Source: Clostridiales bacterium (GTDB lineage Bacteria; Bacillota; Clostridia; Oscillospirales; QAMX01). Taken from it: a stretch of DNA of 48,209 bases. Under the pieces are notes generated by a model. That model was not told where the DNA came from. It did not search any database and was given only the letters and a program-made list of their open reading frames with translations. Location of the stretch: contig JAAZKA010000075.1 of assembly GCA_012800055.1 (NCBI GenBank), forward strand, positions 1 to 48,209. Reading direction: 5' to 3'. Positions 23,164-33,516 of the stretch are shown here, piece after piece (within the stretch, counting starts at the first letter, position 1; each line of letters begins with the position of its first letter). The translations under genes were made by a program, and so were the position numbers.

Positions 23164-25790
23164 GCGAAGAAAAGCTGTACGAACAGTTCCCGGAAAACAC
23201 CGCCGAGATCACGCCAATGATGCGGCAGTACATGGATGTCAAGCGGCAGTACATGGACTGTCTGCTGATGTACCGGCTGGGAGACTTTTACGAGATGTTC
23301 TTCCGGGACGCGAAGACCGCGTCGGCGGAACTGGATCTGACGCTGACCGGGCGGCAGTGCGGGTTGGAGCTGCGCGCGGCGATGTGCGGCGTGCCGTACC
23401 ACTCGGTGGACGCGTATGTGGCACGGCTGATCGCGCGCGGGTATAAGGTGGCAATCTGCGACCAGACGGAGGATCCGGCGACGGCAAAGGGCTTGGTTGA
23501 CCGCGGTGTGACACGCGTGGTGACGCCGGGAACCGTGACGGACGCGTCGATGCTCGAAGGGGATGCGAACAATTACCTGTGCGCGATCTGCGCGGACGAA
23601 CACGGCGCGGGCATGAGCTTCTGCGACATCTCAACGGGTCAGGCGCTTGTGACCGAGCTTCCGGCGGACTTCACGGATCAGGCGATAGAGGAATGCGGAC
23701 TGTACAATCCGCGTGAGGTACTGCTCAGCGACGGCGCGTCGAATGACAGATTTCTGACGGCACTCAGGCAGCGCGGCTGCCTGACGGAGCGGTGCGACAC
23801 ACGCTTTGATCCGGACACGGCAGCCGACCGGGTACGCGCGCAGTTTTCCGATGCACCGGCGCTGCAGGAGGTTCTGGCGTCACCGTACGCCACCCGCGCG
23901 CTGGCGGCACTCCTCTCCTACCTCGCCGAGACACAGATGACGACGCTCGGGAACCTCCGCACGCTCGAACGCTACAGCCGCGCGCAGTATATGATGCTCG
24001 ACGAGGTCGCACGGCGGAATCTCGAGCTGTTCCAGACACTGCGCGGGCATGAGAAGAAAGGTTCTCTGTGGTGGGTACTGGCGCATACGGCGACGACGAT
24101 GGGCGCGCGGACGCTGCGGCGCTGGATGGAGCAGCCGCTGATGCAGCCCGCCGCGATCGGCCGCCGGCTCAACGCGGTGGAGGTGCTCTTCGAAGAGCCT
24201 GCGGTACGCCGCGCGATTGCCGAAGAGCTGTCGGGGATTCAGGATCTCGAGCGTCTGATTTCCCGTGCGGCGCTCGGTACGGCAAATGCGCGCGACCTGC
24301 AGTCCATCGGTGCGTCCGTCGCAAGGGTGCCGGAGATCAAGCGGCAGCTCGGGATGCTCGACTGCGAGCTTTTACGCAGCCTGTACGGGGAGCTGGACGA
24401 GCTGACGGATATCGCCTCTCTGCTCGATGCGGCAATCGCGGACAATCCGCCGGTGACACTGCGCGACGGGGGACTCATCCGCCGCGGGTATGACCACGAG
24501 GTGGACAAGCTGCGTGTATTGGTGGACGACAGCCGCGCGCTGCTGTCGTCCATTGAGCAGCGGGAGCGGGAGCGCACGGGCATCAAAACGCTGAAAATCG
24601 GGTACAACAAGGTCTTCGGGTACTATCTGGAGGTCTCGCGCGCTGCGGCGGCGCAGGTACCGGAGGACTACATCCGCAAGCAGACGCTTGTGAACGGCGA
24701 GCGCTACATCACACCGGAGCTCAAAGACCTCGAAACACAGGTGTTGTCGGCAAAGGACCGCATCACCGGGCTTGAATACGAGGTCTTCGAGCATGTACGA
24801 AAGACGGTCGCGGAGGCGACGCCGCGTATCCAGCAAACGGCTGCGGCGCTTGCACAGCTCGACGTGCTGCAGAACTTCGCGGAGCTTGCTGTGAAGAACG
24901 ACTACCGGCGTCCGACGGTCGACGCGGGCGACGCGCTGGTGATCACGGACGGCCGGCATCCGGTGATCGAGCAAATTCTGGGAAAGCGTGCGTTTATCGC
25001 AAACGACACGCGTCTGGACTGCGGAGAGCACCGGATGGCGATCATCACGGGGCCGAACATGGCGGGCAAGAGTACATACATGCGGCAGACGGCGCTGATC
25101 GTGCTGATGGCGCAGCTCGGGTCATTCGTTCCGGCAGGCACGGCGCGTATCGGCGTCTGCGACCGCATCTTCACGCGCATCGGCGCGTCGGACGATCTCT
25201 CCGCCGGGCAGAGTACCTTCATGGTCGAGATGAGCGAGGTCGCCGAGATCATCCGCAGCGCGACATCCCGCAGCCTGCTGATCCTCGACGAGATCGGGCG
25301 CGGCACGTCGACCTACGACGGGATGAGCATCGCGCGGGCGGTACTCGAGTACGTGGCAGATAAGAAGAAGCTCGGCGCAAGGACGATGTTCGCGACGCAT
25401 TACCATGAGTTGACGGAGCTGTCGGAAATCCTGGAGGGCGTGAAGAACTACGCGACGGCAGTGAAGAAGCGCGGCGACGACATCACGTTCCTGCGGCGCA
25501 TCGTCCCGGGCGGTGCGGACGACTCCTACGGCATCGAGGTGGCAAAGCTCGCGGGCGTGCCGGAGCCGGTCATCCGGCGTGCCAAGGAGATACTCAAGTC
25601 GCTCGAGTCCGGCGGCACGGTGCGCGTAACGGGCAGGAAGCGTCCCGAGACCCCGCAGGTCTCCCTGACCGATTTCGGCGCCGTTGAGCTGGTTTCACGC
25701 ATCCGGCGCCTGAATCTCGACGAGATGTCCCCTATGCAGGCACTCAACCTGCTCTATGAACTCAAAACCACAGCCGAACGGCTGCCGTAG
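23160..25790 (+). CDS. mutS: DNA mismatch repair protein MutS
   Basis: TPMMRQY, RLGDFYEMF, TGPNMAGKSTYMRQ, STFMVEM and DEIGRGTST motifs. Confidence 0.98.
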   Translation: MSEEKLYEQFPENTAEITPMMRQYMDVKRQYMDCLLMYRLGDFYEMFFRDAKTASAELDLTLTGRQCGLELRAAMCGVPYHSVDAYVARLIARGYKVAICDQTEDPATAKGLVDRGVTRVVTPGTVTDASMLEGDANNYLCAICADEHGAGMSFCDISTGQALVTELPADFTDQAIEECGLYNPREVLLSDGASNDRFLTALRQRGCLTERCDTRFDPDTAADRVRAQFSDAPALQEVLASPYATRALAALLSYLAETQMTTLGNLRTLERYSRAQYMMLDEVARRNLELFQTLRGHEKKGSLWWVLAHTATTMGARTLRRWMEQPLMQPAAIGRRLNAVEVLFEEPAVRRAIAEELSGIQDLERLISRAALGTANARDLQSIGASVARVPEIKRQLGMLDCELLRSLYGELDELTDIASLLDAAIADNPPVTLRDGGLIRRGYDHEVDKLRVLVDDSRALLSSIEQRERERTGIKTLKIGYNKVFGYYLEVSRAAAAQVPEDYIRKQTLVNGERYITPELKDLETQVLSAKDRITGLEYEVFEHVRKTVAEATPRIQQTAAALAQLDVLQNFAELAVKNDYRRPTVDAGDALVITDGRHPVIEQILGKRAFIANDTRLDCGEHRMAIITGPNMAGKSTYMRQTALIVLMAQLGSFVPAGTARIGVCDRIFTRIGASDDLSAGQSTFMVEMSEVAEIIRSATSRSLLILDEIGRGTSTYDGMSIARAVLEYVADKKKLGARTMFATHYHELTELSEILEGVKNYATAVKKRGDDITFLRRIVPGGADDSYGIEVAKLAGVPEPVIRRAKEILKSLESGGTVRVTGRKRPETPQVSLTDFGAVELVSRIRRLNLDEMSPMQALNLLYELKTTAERLP

Positions 25791-25867
25791 GGTAAGTGAA
25801 CAGTTCAGGAAGCCCCTGCGGGGATTCCTCAGCCCTTCACTTTTCAATAAAATCATTGGAGGCCATT

Positions 25868-27061
25868 ATGGACACACCCATGTATGAAAAGATCCTGCAG
25901 ATGTCGCCGTGCGAACTGACGAATGTCAGCTACGAATGCTCCTGCGGCAGGACGCACAGCATCAGGATCGGCGAGCTGATCATTGAGCGCGGCGCGGCAA
26001 ACCAGATCGTACGCGTCTCAGAGCCATTCCTCAAGAGCAAGGACGCGCGCGTGTTCCTTGTGATGGACTGCAACACGCGGAGAGTACTCGGCGAGAAGGT
26101 CGAAGGGCTGATGAAGTCCGCAGGTTACAACGTCGGCTGCTATACGTTCCCCGACCACCATCTTGTTCCCAACGCCGCAACACTCGGCACGCTGCTCATC
26201 GAGGCATCCGAGGTCAGACCCACGCTGATGATTGCCGTCGGATCCGGTACGATCAACGACATCACGCGCTACATCAGTCACCGTATCGGCGTACCGTACA
26301 TCATCGTCGGCACCGCGCCCTCGATGGACGGCTATGCCGGGGACAGCTCGCCGATCGTCTGCCGCAACAACAAGGAGACGTTCTACGGCCACTATGCGTC
26401 GGCAATCCTGCTTGACACGGAAATACTTGCCGGCGCACCGCATCGGATGCTCACGGCAGGTTTCGGCGACATCATCGGCAAATACATCGCGCTGACCGAC
26501 TGGAAGCTCGCGCGCGACGTAACGGGTGAATACTACTGCGACAGCATCTCGAAATTCATGGCAGGTGCGGTACAGAAGTGTGTGGACAGCATCGACGGTG
26601 TCAACGCGCGTGACCCCGAGGCAATGAAGTACCTGGCCGAGGCGCTGTGTCTGGCGGGGATGGCGATGGGGCTTTCGGGCGTAACGCGTCCGGCGTCCGG
26701 CTCCGAGCACCATCTGACCCACTGCTTCGACATCGATAAGATTTCGCGCGGCCTCGACTACCCGCTGCACGGCAACACCGTCGGCATGTGCACAATTGTC
26801 ATGGCGCGATTCTACGAGATGGCGGTTGCCGATGGTTATGTAAACTATGAGGTGCCGTCACGGGCGTACATCCGGAGCTTGCTTGAGAAGATCGGCGCGC
26901 CGCTCAAGCCGCAGGACTTCGACATCGACCGCGAGACTTTCCGCCGTGTCCTGATGACCGCAAAGGATCTCCGCCCGCGCTACTCGATGCTCAAGTACGC
27001 GCATGAGAAAGGGTTTCTTGAGAAGTATGCTGACCAAATCACGGCGGAATACTACGGCTGA
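25868..27061 (+). CDS. sn-glycerol-1-phosphate dehydrogenase-like protein (AraM/EgsA family)
   Basis: CSCGRTH N-terminus; AVGSGTINDI, TAPSMDGY, AGFGDIIGK, PASGSEHHLTH and LHGNTVG motifs; GGAGG RBS. Confidence 0.88.
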   Translation: MDTPMYEKILQMSPCELTNVSYECSCGRTHSIRIGELIIERGAANQIVRVSEPFLKSKDARVFLVMDCNTRRVLGEKVEGLMKSAGYNVGCYTFPDHHLVPNAATLGTLLIEASEVRPTLMIAVGSGTINDITRYISHRIGVPYIIVGTAPSMDGYAGDSSPIVCRNNKETFYGHYASAILLDTEILAGAPHRMLTAGFGDIIGKYIALTDWKLARDVTGEYYCDSISKFMAGAVQKCVDSIDGVNARDPEAMKYLAEALCLAGMAMGLSGVTRPASGSEHHLTHCFDIDKISRGLDYPLHGNTVGMCTIVMARFYEMAVADGYVNYEVPSRAYIRSLLEKIGAPLKPQDFDIDRETFRRVLMTAKDLRPRYSMLKYAHEKGFLEKYADQITAEYYG

Positions 27062-27069
27062 TGCGCGGG

Positions 27070-27100
27070 AGACCCTCCCAAAAGCTGAGGAGGGTCTTTT
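27070..27100 (+). terminator. Rho-independent terminator
   Basis: AGACCCTCC...GGAGGGTCT followed by TTT. Confidence 0.7.
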
Positions 27101-27117
27101 CATGAGGAAGGGTTTTT

Positions 27118-28257
27118 ATGGAAACTTATCGTTATGTCGCGCCGTGCCTGTTCGGAATCGAAGGCGTTGCGGCGGACGAACTGCGGCGGCTGGGCTTTTC
27201 AGATGTCCGGGCCGCCGACGGACGCGTGACGTTCTCGGGAGGTCTTGACGCGCTTGCACGTGCCAACCTCTGTTCCCGCTACTGCGAGCGTGTGATCCTC
27301 GAGGTCACACGCTTTCCCGCGACGACGTTCACACAGCTCTTTGACGGTGTCAAGGCCGCGCCGTGGGCGCAGTTTATCCCGAAGGACGCAGCTTTCCCCG
27401 TCGACGGCTACAGCGTCCGTTCGCAGCTTTCAAGCATCCCCGACTGCCAGAAAATCGTCAAGAAAGCAATCGTCACCGCGCTGCAGACGAAGTACGGCAT
27501 TGAGTGGTTCTCCGAGACCGGCACAATGTATAGGGTACGCTTTTCGATCCTCAAAGACGAGGTGAGCATCGGGCTGGACACATCGGGAGAGGGGCTTCAT
27601 AAGCGCGGCTACCGTGAGATCGGCAACATCGCACCGTTGCGGGAGACACTTGCGTGCGCGATGCTCGACCTGGCGCACTACCGTGGGCGCGATGCGTTCC
27701 TCGACCCGTTCTGCGGCTCCGGGACGATCGCGATCGAGGCGGCGCTCAAGGCATCGAACCACGCGCCCGGGCTGAACCGGAGGTTCGCCGCGCAGTCCTG
27801 GGCGTTCGTGCCGGAGAAGGTCTGGGTCGATGCGCGCACCGAGGCGCTCGACAGCATCTACACCGGCACGTACGACATCGAGGCGCGCGATATCGACCCG
27901 GCGTGCGTGGAGCTTGCGAAAGAGAATGCGCGAAAAGCAGGTGTCGCGGAGATGGTACGCTTCTCAATAGCAGACGCTGCAAAGCCCTTCGCGTTCGATG
28001 GCACCATCGTCACCAATCCGCCGTACGGCGAACGCATGGGCGACCTGACCCAAGCGCGGCGGCTGTACGCGGCGTTCGGGAAAGCCGTCGATCCCCGTGC
28101 GCGCGTCTACGTCCTCTCGTCGGATGAGGACTTCGAGCGTTACTACGGACGCCGCGCCGCGAAGAAGCGCAAGCTCTACAACGGTATGATCAAGTGCTGC
28201 CTCTATATGTACTTCGATGAAGCCGACAAGTCCCGTCCGGTACGCCGGAAGGTCTGA
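27118..28257 (+). CDS. THUMP-domain class I SAM RNA methyltransferase (RlmL-like)
   Basis: DTSGEGLHKRGYR, APLRETLA, DPFCGSGTIAIEAA and TNPPYGER motifs. Confidence 0.92.
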   Translation: METYRYVAPCLFGIEGVAADELRRLGFSDVRAADGRVTFSGGLDALARANLCSRYCERVILEVTRFPATTFTQLFDGVKAAPWAQFIPKDAAFPVDGYSVRSQLSSIPDCQKIVKKAIVTALQTKYGIEWFSETGTMYRVRFSILKDEVSIGLDTSGEGLHKRGYREIGNIAPLRETLACAMLDLAHYRGRDAFLDPFCGSGTIAIEAALKASNHAPGLNRRFAAQSWAFVPEKVWVDARTEALDSIYTGTYDIEARDIDPACVELAKENARKAGVAEMVRFSIADAAKPFAFDGTIVTNPPYGERMGDLTQARRLYAAFGKAVDPRARVYVLSSDEDFERYYGRRAAKKRKLYNGMIKCCLYMYFDEADKSRPVRRKV

Positions 28258-28268
28258 GAATCCTATAA

Positions 28269-28309
28269 AAAGCGCGGATATCCATCCCGGGTATGGATAT
28301 CCGCGCTTT
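28269..28309. terminator. Bidirectional terminator
   Basis: AAAGCGCGGATATCCAT...ATGGATATCCGCGCTTT between convergent genes. Confidence 0.85.
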
Positions 28310-28429
28310 CGTCATATACTGCGCTTTGCCCTGATCTGAAACGACGGCCCGGTGACATAGTCTCAGCAGCTGAACAGCCGCTCGACGACTGCGCCGACGG
28401 CGATTGGATGCGAGGGAGTGCTTTTGTAC

Positions 28430-28789
28430 TCATACGCGCGGCTTGCCCAGGGCGGAGAAGGTCTTATACTCCTCACTGTCGTCACGGACGGTGAGCACCT
28501 CCATGGATCCGTCCTGAAACTGGATGGAAAAGGAGGTGACGCCGCGCTTCCGGTTTTTCTCACGCGTACGGGCATCCTCGAAGACCTGTGCGGCGACGAC
28601 TGTTCGGGTGTCGCGTTTATATCCTGCCTTCCAGAGAAACCACGCCGCGCACAGCAGCGCGAGGATGAGGATGATCGCGCCGACGAACGCAGTACCGGAG
28701 TAGGAGGGAAAGCCGATGGCGACTAAAACCGCGATGGCGAGCACGATGATGACGAATACGAGATTGGAATTGAGGCGTTTTTTCGACAT
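28430..28789 (-). CDS. Small two-TM membrane protein of unknown function
   Basis: GGAGG RBS before ATG 28789; own promoter TTGATT-17-TATACT at 28818-28846; two hydrophobic helices then a beta-rich tail. Confidence 0.75.
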   Translation of the reverse strand: MSKKRLNSNLVFVIIVLAIAVLVAIGFPSYSGTAFVGAIILILALLCAAWFLWKAGYKRDTRTVVAAQVFEDARTREKNRKRGVTSFSIQFQDGSMEVLTVRDDSEEYKTFSALGKPRV

Positions 28790-29022
28790 AGCGCACCTCC
28801 GGAATGATGATAGGAGCAGTATACCACGGGACGCGCAATAAATCAAGCCTGTTTATGCCGCACCGCATATCTCCATGACGCAGATTTCACCCTCCGCGAG
28901 CCGTTTGGTAAGCAGCGCAGGGTCATCCAGGACAGCGTCGGCAAAAGCCTCCGTTGACGCACCCGTCCGGCGCATCATACACTCTGACCATACGCTGCCT
29001 TTCTGAGCTTTACAAAAGCATT

Positions 29023-30732
29023 TCAGAACCGGCTGTCATCGAACGCCGCGAGCTTGACGCGGAACTTCTCGACGGCGTCGCGCATGACGCCCGGCTCAAA
29101 CGGGGACTTCAGCCCGGCCGCTTCGACAAGTCCGAGAAACGTCCGGCTGCCGCCGAGCTTGCACAGGTTCAGGTAATCGGACCACGCAGCGGGATCCTTC
29201 GCGTCAAAGCGCAGATAGAACTGCATCGCGCACACCTGCGCCAGCGTGTAGTCGATGTAGTAGAACGGACGCTCGTAGATGTGCGTCTGACGCTGCCAGC
29301 GGCCGCCGCGCTCGAGGTAACTGTCCTCCTGCGACATCAGTCCGTCGTCGTAGATCAGATCGGGCATATACTGACGCTCCAGTTCTCTCCACTTTATGAA
29401 CAGTTCGGCGGGCGTCCAGTCGGGGTTTGCGTACACCTCATGCTGGAACTCATCCACCAGGCAACCGTACGGGATGAAGCGCAGGATGTCCACAAGCTGC
29501 ATATAGCGGAACTTCTCGGTCTCGGCGCCGAAAAACGGCTCCATCATCGACGACGTGATCAGCTCCATCGACATCGAGTGAATCTCGCAGCTTTCGTAGG
29601 TCGGAGAGATGTACGCCGGAACATCGATCTCGCGCATTGACAGGTACATCTGCAGCGCATGGCCGGCTTCATGGGTAAGCACGTCGACGTCGTCCTTCGT
29701 GCCGGAAAAGTTGGCGAATATGAACGGCGCCTTGTAGGTCGGGAACGCCGTGCAGTAGCCGCCGGTCTCCTTACCGGGCTTCGCCACGAGGTCTAACAGC
29801 TCATTGTCCGCCATATAGTCGAAAAACTCGCCGGCCCCCAGCTTATGGTACATCGCGCGCGCCTTCTCGACAAGTTCCTCCGGTGTACCGATCGGATGCG
29901 GGTTGCCGGTCTTGAAAAGATAGTCGACGTCGTAGTACACCAGGTGGTCAAGCCCGAGGCGCGCCGCCTGACGCTTGTTCAGCTCCGTCACAAGCGGTAC
30001 GAGATAGCGCTTGACCTCGTCGCGGTAGACCTTCACCTGCGCGGCGTCGTAGTCCATGCGCTCCATGCGGATATATCCAAGCTCTATGAAATTGGCAAAT
30101 CCGAGCTTCTTCGCCATTGTGTCGCGCGTGCGGACAAGCGCGTCATAGATGCGGTCGAGGGTCTCGCGATGGTCGGAGAACCAACCGAAGTAGGCGGCGT
30201 TGGCCTCACGGCGGACATTGCGGTCGGCGGAGGTACGGTATGGCATCATCTGGGATAGGTTGAGCGTCTTGCCGTCGAAGTGCAGCTCCGCGCCGCCCAG
30301 CAGCTTGCCATACTCCGTCGTCAGCCGGTTCTCCTCCTGCAGGTCGGGGATAATCGCCTCGGAGAACTGACGCTTCTCGTTTTCAAGCTTGCGGAAGTAG
30401 AGTGTGCCGATGCTGTGCTCGAGGTCCTTGCGGTAGGGTGAGCCGAGTACGACGTCATTGGCCTTCTGCAGGGAGAGCTGCATGAGCGGGCCCTGCTCGT
30501 CGTAGTAAGCCATTTCCTCGCTGTAGAAGGCATCGCGGGTATCGATGGAATGGCGTGTGAAGCACAGGGAGGTCTGGGTGTCAACCTCGAGGGAGAAGGC
30601 GAACATACGGCGCAGCTCCCGCTCGGCGGTCTCGGCGTCAGGCGCGGAGGTAAAGCTGAGGATGAAGCTGTCGCAGAACTCCTTCACCTGCTCGGTCGTC
30701 ACACGCCGGTAGGGCATCTCATGAAATTTCAT
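29023..30732 (-). CDS. M3-family oligoendopeptidase
   Basis: KPGKETGGYC, THEAGHALQ (HExxH), EIHSMSME and PFYYIDY motifs. Confidence 0.93.
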   Translation of the reverse strand: MKFHEMPYRRVTTEQVKEFCDSFILSFTSAPDAETAERELRRMFAFSLEVDTQTSLCFTRHSIDTRDAFYSEEMAYYDEQGPLMQLSLQKANDVVLGSPYRKDLEHSIGTLYFRKLENEKRQFSEAIIPDLQEENRLTTEYGKLLGGAELHFDGKTLNLSQMMPYRTSADRNVRREANAAYFGWFSDHRETLDRIYDALVRTRDTMAKKLGFANFIELGYIRMERMDYDAAQVKVYRDEVKRYLVPLVTELNKRQAARLGLDHLVYYDVDYLFKTGNPHPIGTPEELVEKARAMYHKLGAGEFFDYMADNELLDLVAKPGKETGGYCTAFPTYKAPFIFANFSGTKDDVDVLTHEAGHALQMYLSMREIDVPAYISPTYESCEIHSMSMELITSSMMEPFFGAETEKFRYMQLVDILRFIPYGCLVDEFQHEVYANPDWTPAELFIKWRELERQYMPDLIYDDGLMSQEDSYLERGGRWQRQTHIYERPFYYIDYTLAQVCAMQFYLRFDAKDPAAWSDYLNLCKLGGSRTFLGLVEAAGLKSPFEPGVMRDAVEKFRVKLAAFDDSRF

Positions 30733-30871
30733 GACGACTCTCCTTTTTTTCGATCAGGGTATTGTAATTTCTCAAATAAACCGTTATAATAAAAGGGTGG
30801 ATAATAATGGGGGATCCGGTGTGCGGGTTTCCCCAGTGCCGCAAAGTTTCCATATGTGAAAGGAGTGCGCT

Positions 30872-32377
30872 ATGCTTTCAGTCCTCAATCTGGATCGTGA
30901 ACTCTCCAAGGACGAATACAAAGCCCGTATCAAGCCAATACGTGAACAGCTCACGCACGAGTCGCTGCGTGTCAAACAGGAGCGCGTACCGGTGATCGTC
31001 CTGTTCGAGGGCTTCGGTGCGGCCGGCAAGGGCAGCTATATCTCCGAGCTGATCCTCAACTGGGACCCGCGCGGTTTCCGCGTCTTCTCCACCCGTGAGC
31101 CGGATGCCAACCAGGCACGCCGTCCGTGGCTGTGGCGCTTCTGGGATAAACTCCCGGAGTACGGAAGAATTGCCGTCTTTGACCGCTCCTGGTACCGCGA
31201 CGTCACCGTCGACCGCGTCGACCGCGGCTTGGCCGATGAAACCATCGACCAGATGTATGACGACATCAACATCTTCGAGCGCCAGCTTGCCGACGACGGC
31301 TATCTGATTATCAAGCTGTTCCTGTGCATCTCGCGCGAAGAGCAGAAGAAGCGCTTCACAAACCTCCGCGCGTCAGAGAACACTGCGTGGCGTGTCACCG
31401 ACGTCGACCTGATGCACAACCGGCAGTACAAACGCCACTGGAACGCGTTCGACGAGATGATCCGCCGGACCAATACGCCCTATGCGCCGTGGCACGCCGT
31501 TGCGACGACAAATCGGTTCTACGGGACGGTAACGGCGTTTGAGATCATCGCCAACGCAATGCGCGACGCGGTCGATCGCGCGATTGATCAGCGTACCGCA
31601 CGCGCCGCACAGACTGAGCCGCCGCCCATCCAGATTAACCCGTACTTCCCAACGGTCAAGCTGCCGAAGCTGCGTGACGTCGATCTCGACCGTCGCATCG
31701 AGGAGGACAAATACAAGCGAGATTTGGAGAGCTGCCGCCTTGAGCTTGCGCAGCTCCACAACCGCATATACCGCGCGAAGATTCCGGTAGTGATCGCCTA
31801 TGAAGGCTGGGACGCTGCGGGCAAGGGCGGAAACATCAAGCGGCTGGTCAGCTCGTTTGACGCGCGCGGCTACAGCGTGATTCCAATCGCGGCGCCGATC
31901 CCGGCGGAACTGAACCGGCAATACCTGTGGCGCTTCTGGGAGGAACTGCCGCGCACCGGTCACATCGCGATTTTCGACAGGAGCTGGTACGGACGGGTGA
32001 TGGTCGAGCGTATCGAGGGCTTCTGCACACAGGAGCAGTGGACACGCGCCTACCGCGAGATCAATGAGTTCGAGAAGTTCCTCGCCGACTGGAACACGGT
32101 CGTCGCAAAGTTCTGGCTGCACATCGACGCCGACGAGCAGCTCAAACGCTTTCAGAACCGTGCGAACGATCCCGAAAAGGCGTGGAAGCTGTCCGACGAA
32201 GACTGGCGCAACCGCGAAAAGTGGCCCCTTTACGAGGAAGCCGTCGACGATATGCTCCGGTATACCAACACCGAGTTCGCACCTTGGTATATCATCGAGA
32301 GCAATGACAAGAAGTACGCCCGCATCCGCGTCATGCAGATCATGATCGACACACTGCGGAAAGCGCTGGGCGAATAG
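30872..32377 (+). CDS. Polyphosphate:AMP phosphotransferase (tandem PPK2 domains)
   Basis: Two repeats with EGFGAAGKG / EGWDAAGKG, WRFW and FDRSWY motifs. Confidence 0.92.
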   Translation: MLSVLNLDRELSKDEYKARIKPIREQLTHESLRVKQERVPVIVLFEGFGAAGKGSYISELILNWDPRGFRVFSTREPDANQARRPWLWRFWDKLPEYGRIAVFDRSWYRDVTVDRVDRGLADETIDQMYDDINIFERQLADDGYLIIKLFLCISREEQKKRFTNLRASENTAWRVTDVDLMHNRQYKRHWNAFDEMIRRTNTPYAPWHAVATTNRFYGTVTAFEIIANAMRDAVDRAIDQRTARAAQTEPPPIQINPYFPTVKLPKLRDVDLDRRIEEDKYKRDLESCRLELAQLHNRIYRAKIPVVIAYEGWDAAGKGGNIKRLVSSFDARGYSVIPIAAPIPAELNRQYLWRFWEELPRTGHIAIFDRSWYGRVMVERIEGFCTQEQWTRAYREINEFEKFLADWNTVVAKFWLHIDADEQLKRFQNRANDPEKAWKLSDEDWRNREKWPLYEEAVDDMLRYTNTEFAPWYIIESNDKKYARIRVMQIMIDTLRKALGE

Positions 32378-32387
32378 ACCTTTTTCC

Positions 32388-32416
32388 GTAGGGACACGGC
32401 ATGCCGTGTCCCTTTT
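32388..32416 (+). terminator. GTAG-initiated palindrome acting as a likely terminator (REP-like)
   Basis: GTAGGGACACGGCATGCCGTGTCCCT followed by TTT. Confidence 0.65.
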
Positions 32417-32468
32417 CATTTGTGGCGGTTCGGGTCATTGCCATCAAACGCATCGCAGGGACATGTCG

Positions 32469-33509
32469 TCAACCGGACACGGTACCTCCCTGCGGCCGCC
32501 ATGCCTTGAACGCCGAAGGAAGCGCATACGACGCGGCGATCTCGTCGGGAGATGCCCAAGTGAGCGCGGGAGATGCTTTTTCGACGTCGGCGCGCCAGGC
32601 GGTCATGCGCCACTCGATGTGCGTGAACAGATGCTTTGCCGGCGGCAGCGGCGTGAGCTTCGTCGGGTTCAGTTCCCATGTCCGCAGTGTCTCCACAATG
32701 CCGGCTTCGTCGAGTGTGCCGGGGACATTTGGATACTCCCACTGCCCCGCGAGCACCATGCTCTCGCCGCGTCTGCGCAGTCCGAGACGGCCCTGCGCAT
32801 ACGGCAGGATGACCGTCAGTTCCTCGACACGCCGCGGCTTCTTCGGCGCACGTGTCGGGAGTAGGGCCGCGATGCCGTCCGCGTAACCCCGGCAGCTGTC
32901 CCGCAGCGGACATTCCTCACAGCGCGGCGCGGTATTCGGCCCGCAGAGAGTCGCGCCCAGTTCCATCATCGCCTGGTTGAAGTCGCCCGGACGGTTCTGC
33001 GGGACAATCTCCGCCACCGCGTCACGCATCTCACGCCGTACACCCGCATCGAGGATATCCCTGGCGTCGGTGGTATAGCGCGCCCATACGCGCAGGACAT
33101 TCCCGTCCACCGCCGGTACCCGCTCGCCGTACGCAATCGACGCAATGGCACCCGCCGTGTAGTCGCCGATCCCCGGCAGTTCCAGCAGTGCCGCGCGGGA
33201 ATCCGGCAGCATGCCGGCATACCGGCTGACGCATATGCACGCCGCCTCCCGCAGATTTCGCGCGCGGGAGTAGTATCCCAGACCCTCCCACAGCTTGTAC
33301 AACGTATCCGTGTCAACCGCCGCGAGTGCCGGGATGTCCGGCAGCGCATGCAGGAAGCGCGCGTAGTACGGGATCACCGCCTCGACGCGTGTCTGCTGCA
33401 GCATGACCTCCGAAATCCATACGCGGTAGGGTTCACCCCGCCCGCCCTTCACGCGCCACGGGAGGTCCCGCGCGGCACGGTCATACCATTGAAGCAGTAA
33501 TTCTTGCAT
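32469..33509 (-). CDS. mutY: A/G-specific adenine glycosylase MutY
   Basis: RDLPWR, VWISEVMLQQT, WEGLGYYSRARNL, LPGIGDYTA and VDGNV motifs; four-Cys Fe-S motif; NUDIX-like tail with HLFTH. Confidence 0.96.
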   Translation of the reverse strand: MQELLLQWYDRAARDLPWRVKGGRGEPYRVWISEVMLQQTRVEAVIPYYARFLHALPDIPALAAVDTDTLYKLWEGLGYYSRARNLREAACICVSRYAGMLPDSRAALLELPGIGDYTAGAIASIAYGERVPAVDGNVLRVWARYTTDARDILDAGVRREMRDAVAEIVPQNRPGDFNQAMMELGATLCGPNTAPRCEECPLRDSCRGYADGIAALLPTRAPKKPRRVEELTVILPYAQGRLGLRRRGESMVLAGQWEYPNVPGTLDEAGIVETLRTWELNPTKLTPLPPAKHLFTHIEWRMTAWRADVEKASPALTWASPDEIAASYALPSAFKAWRPQGGTVSG

Positions 33510-33516
33510 AGTATGT

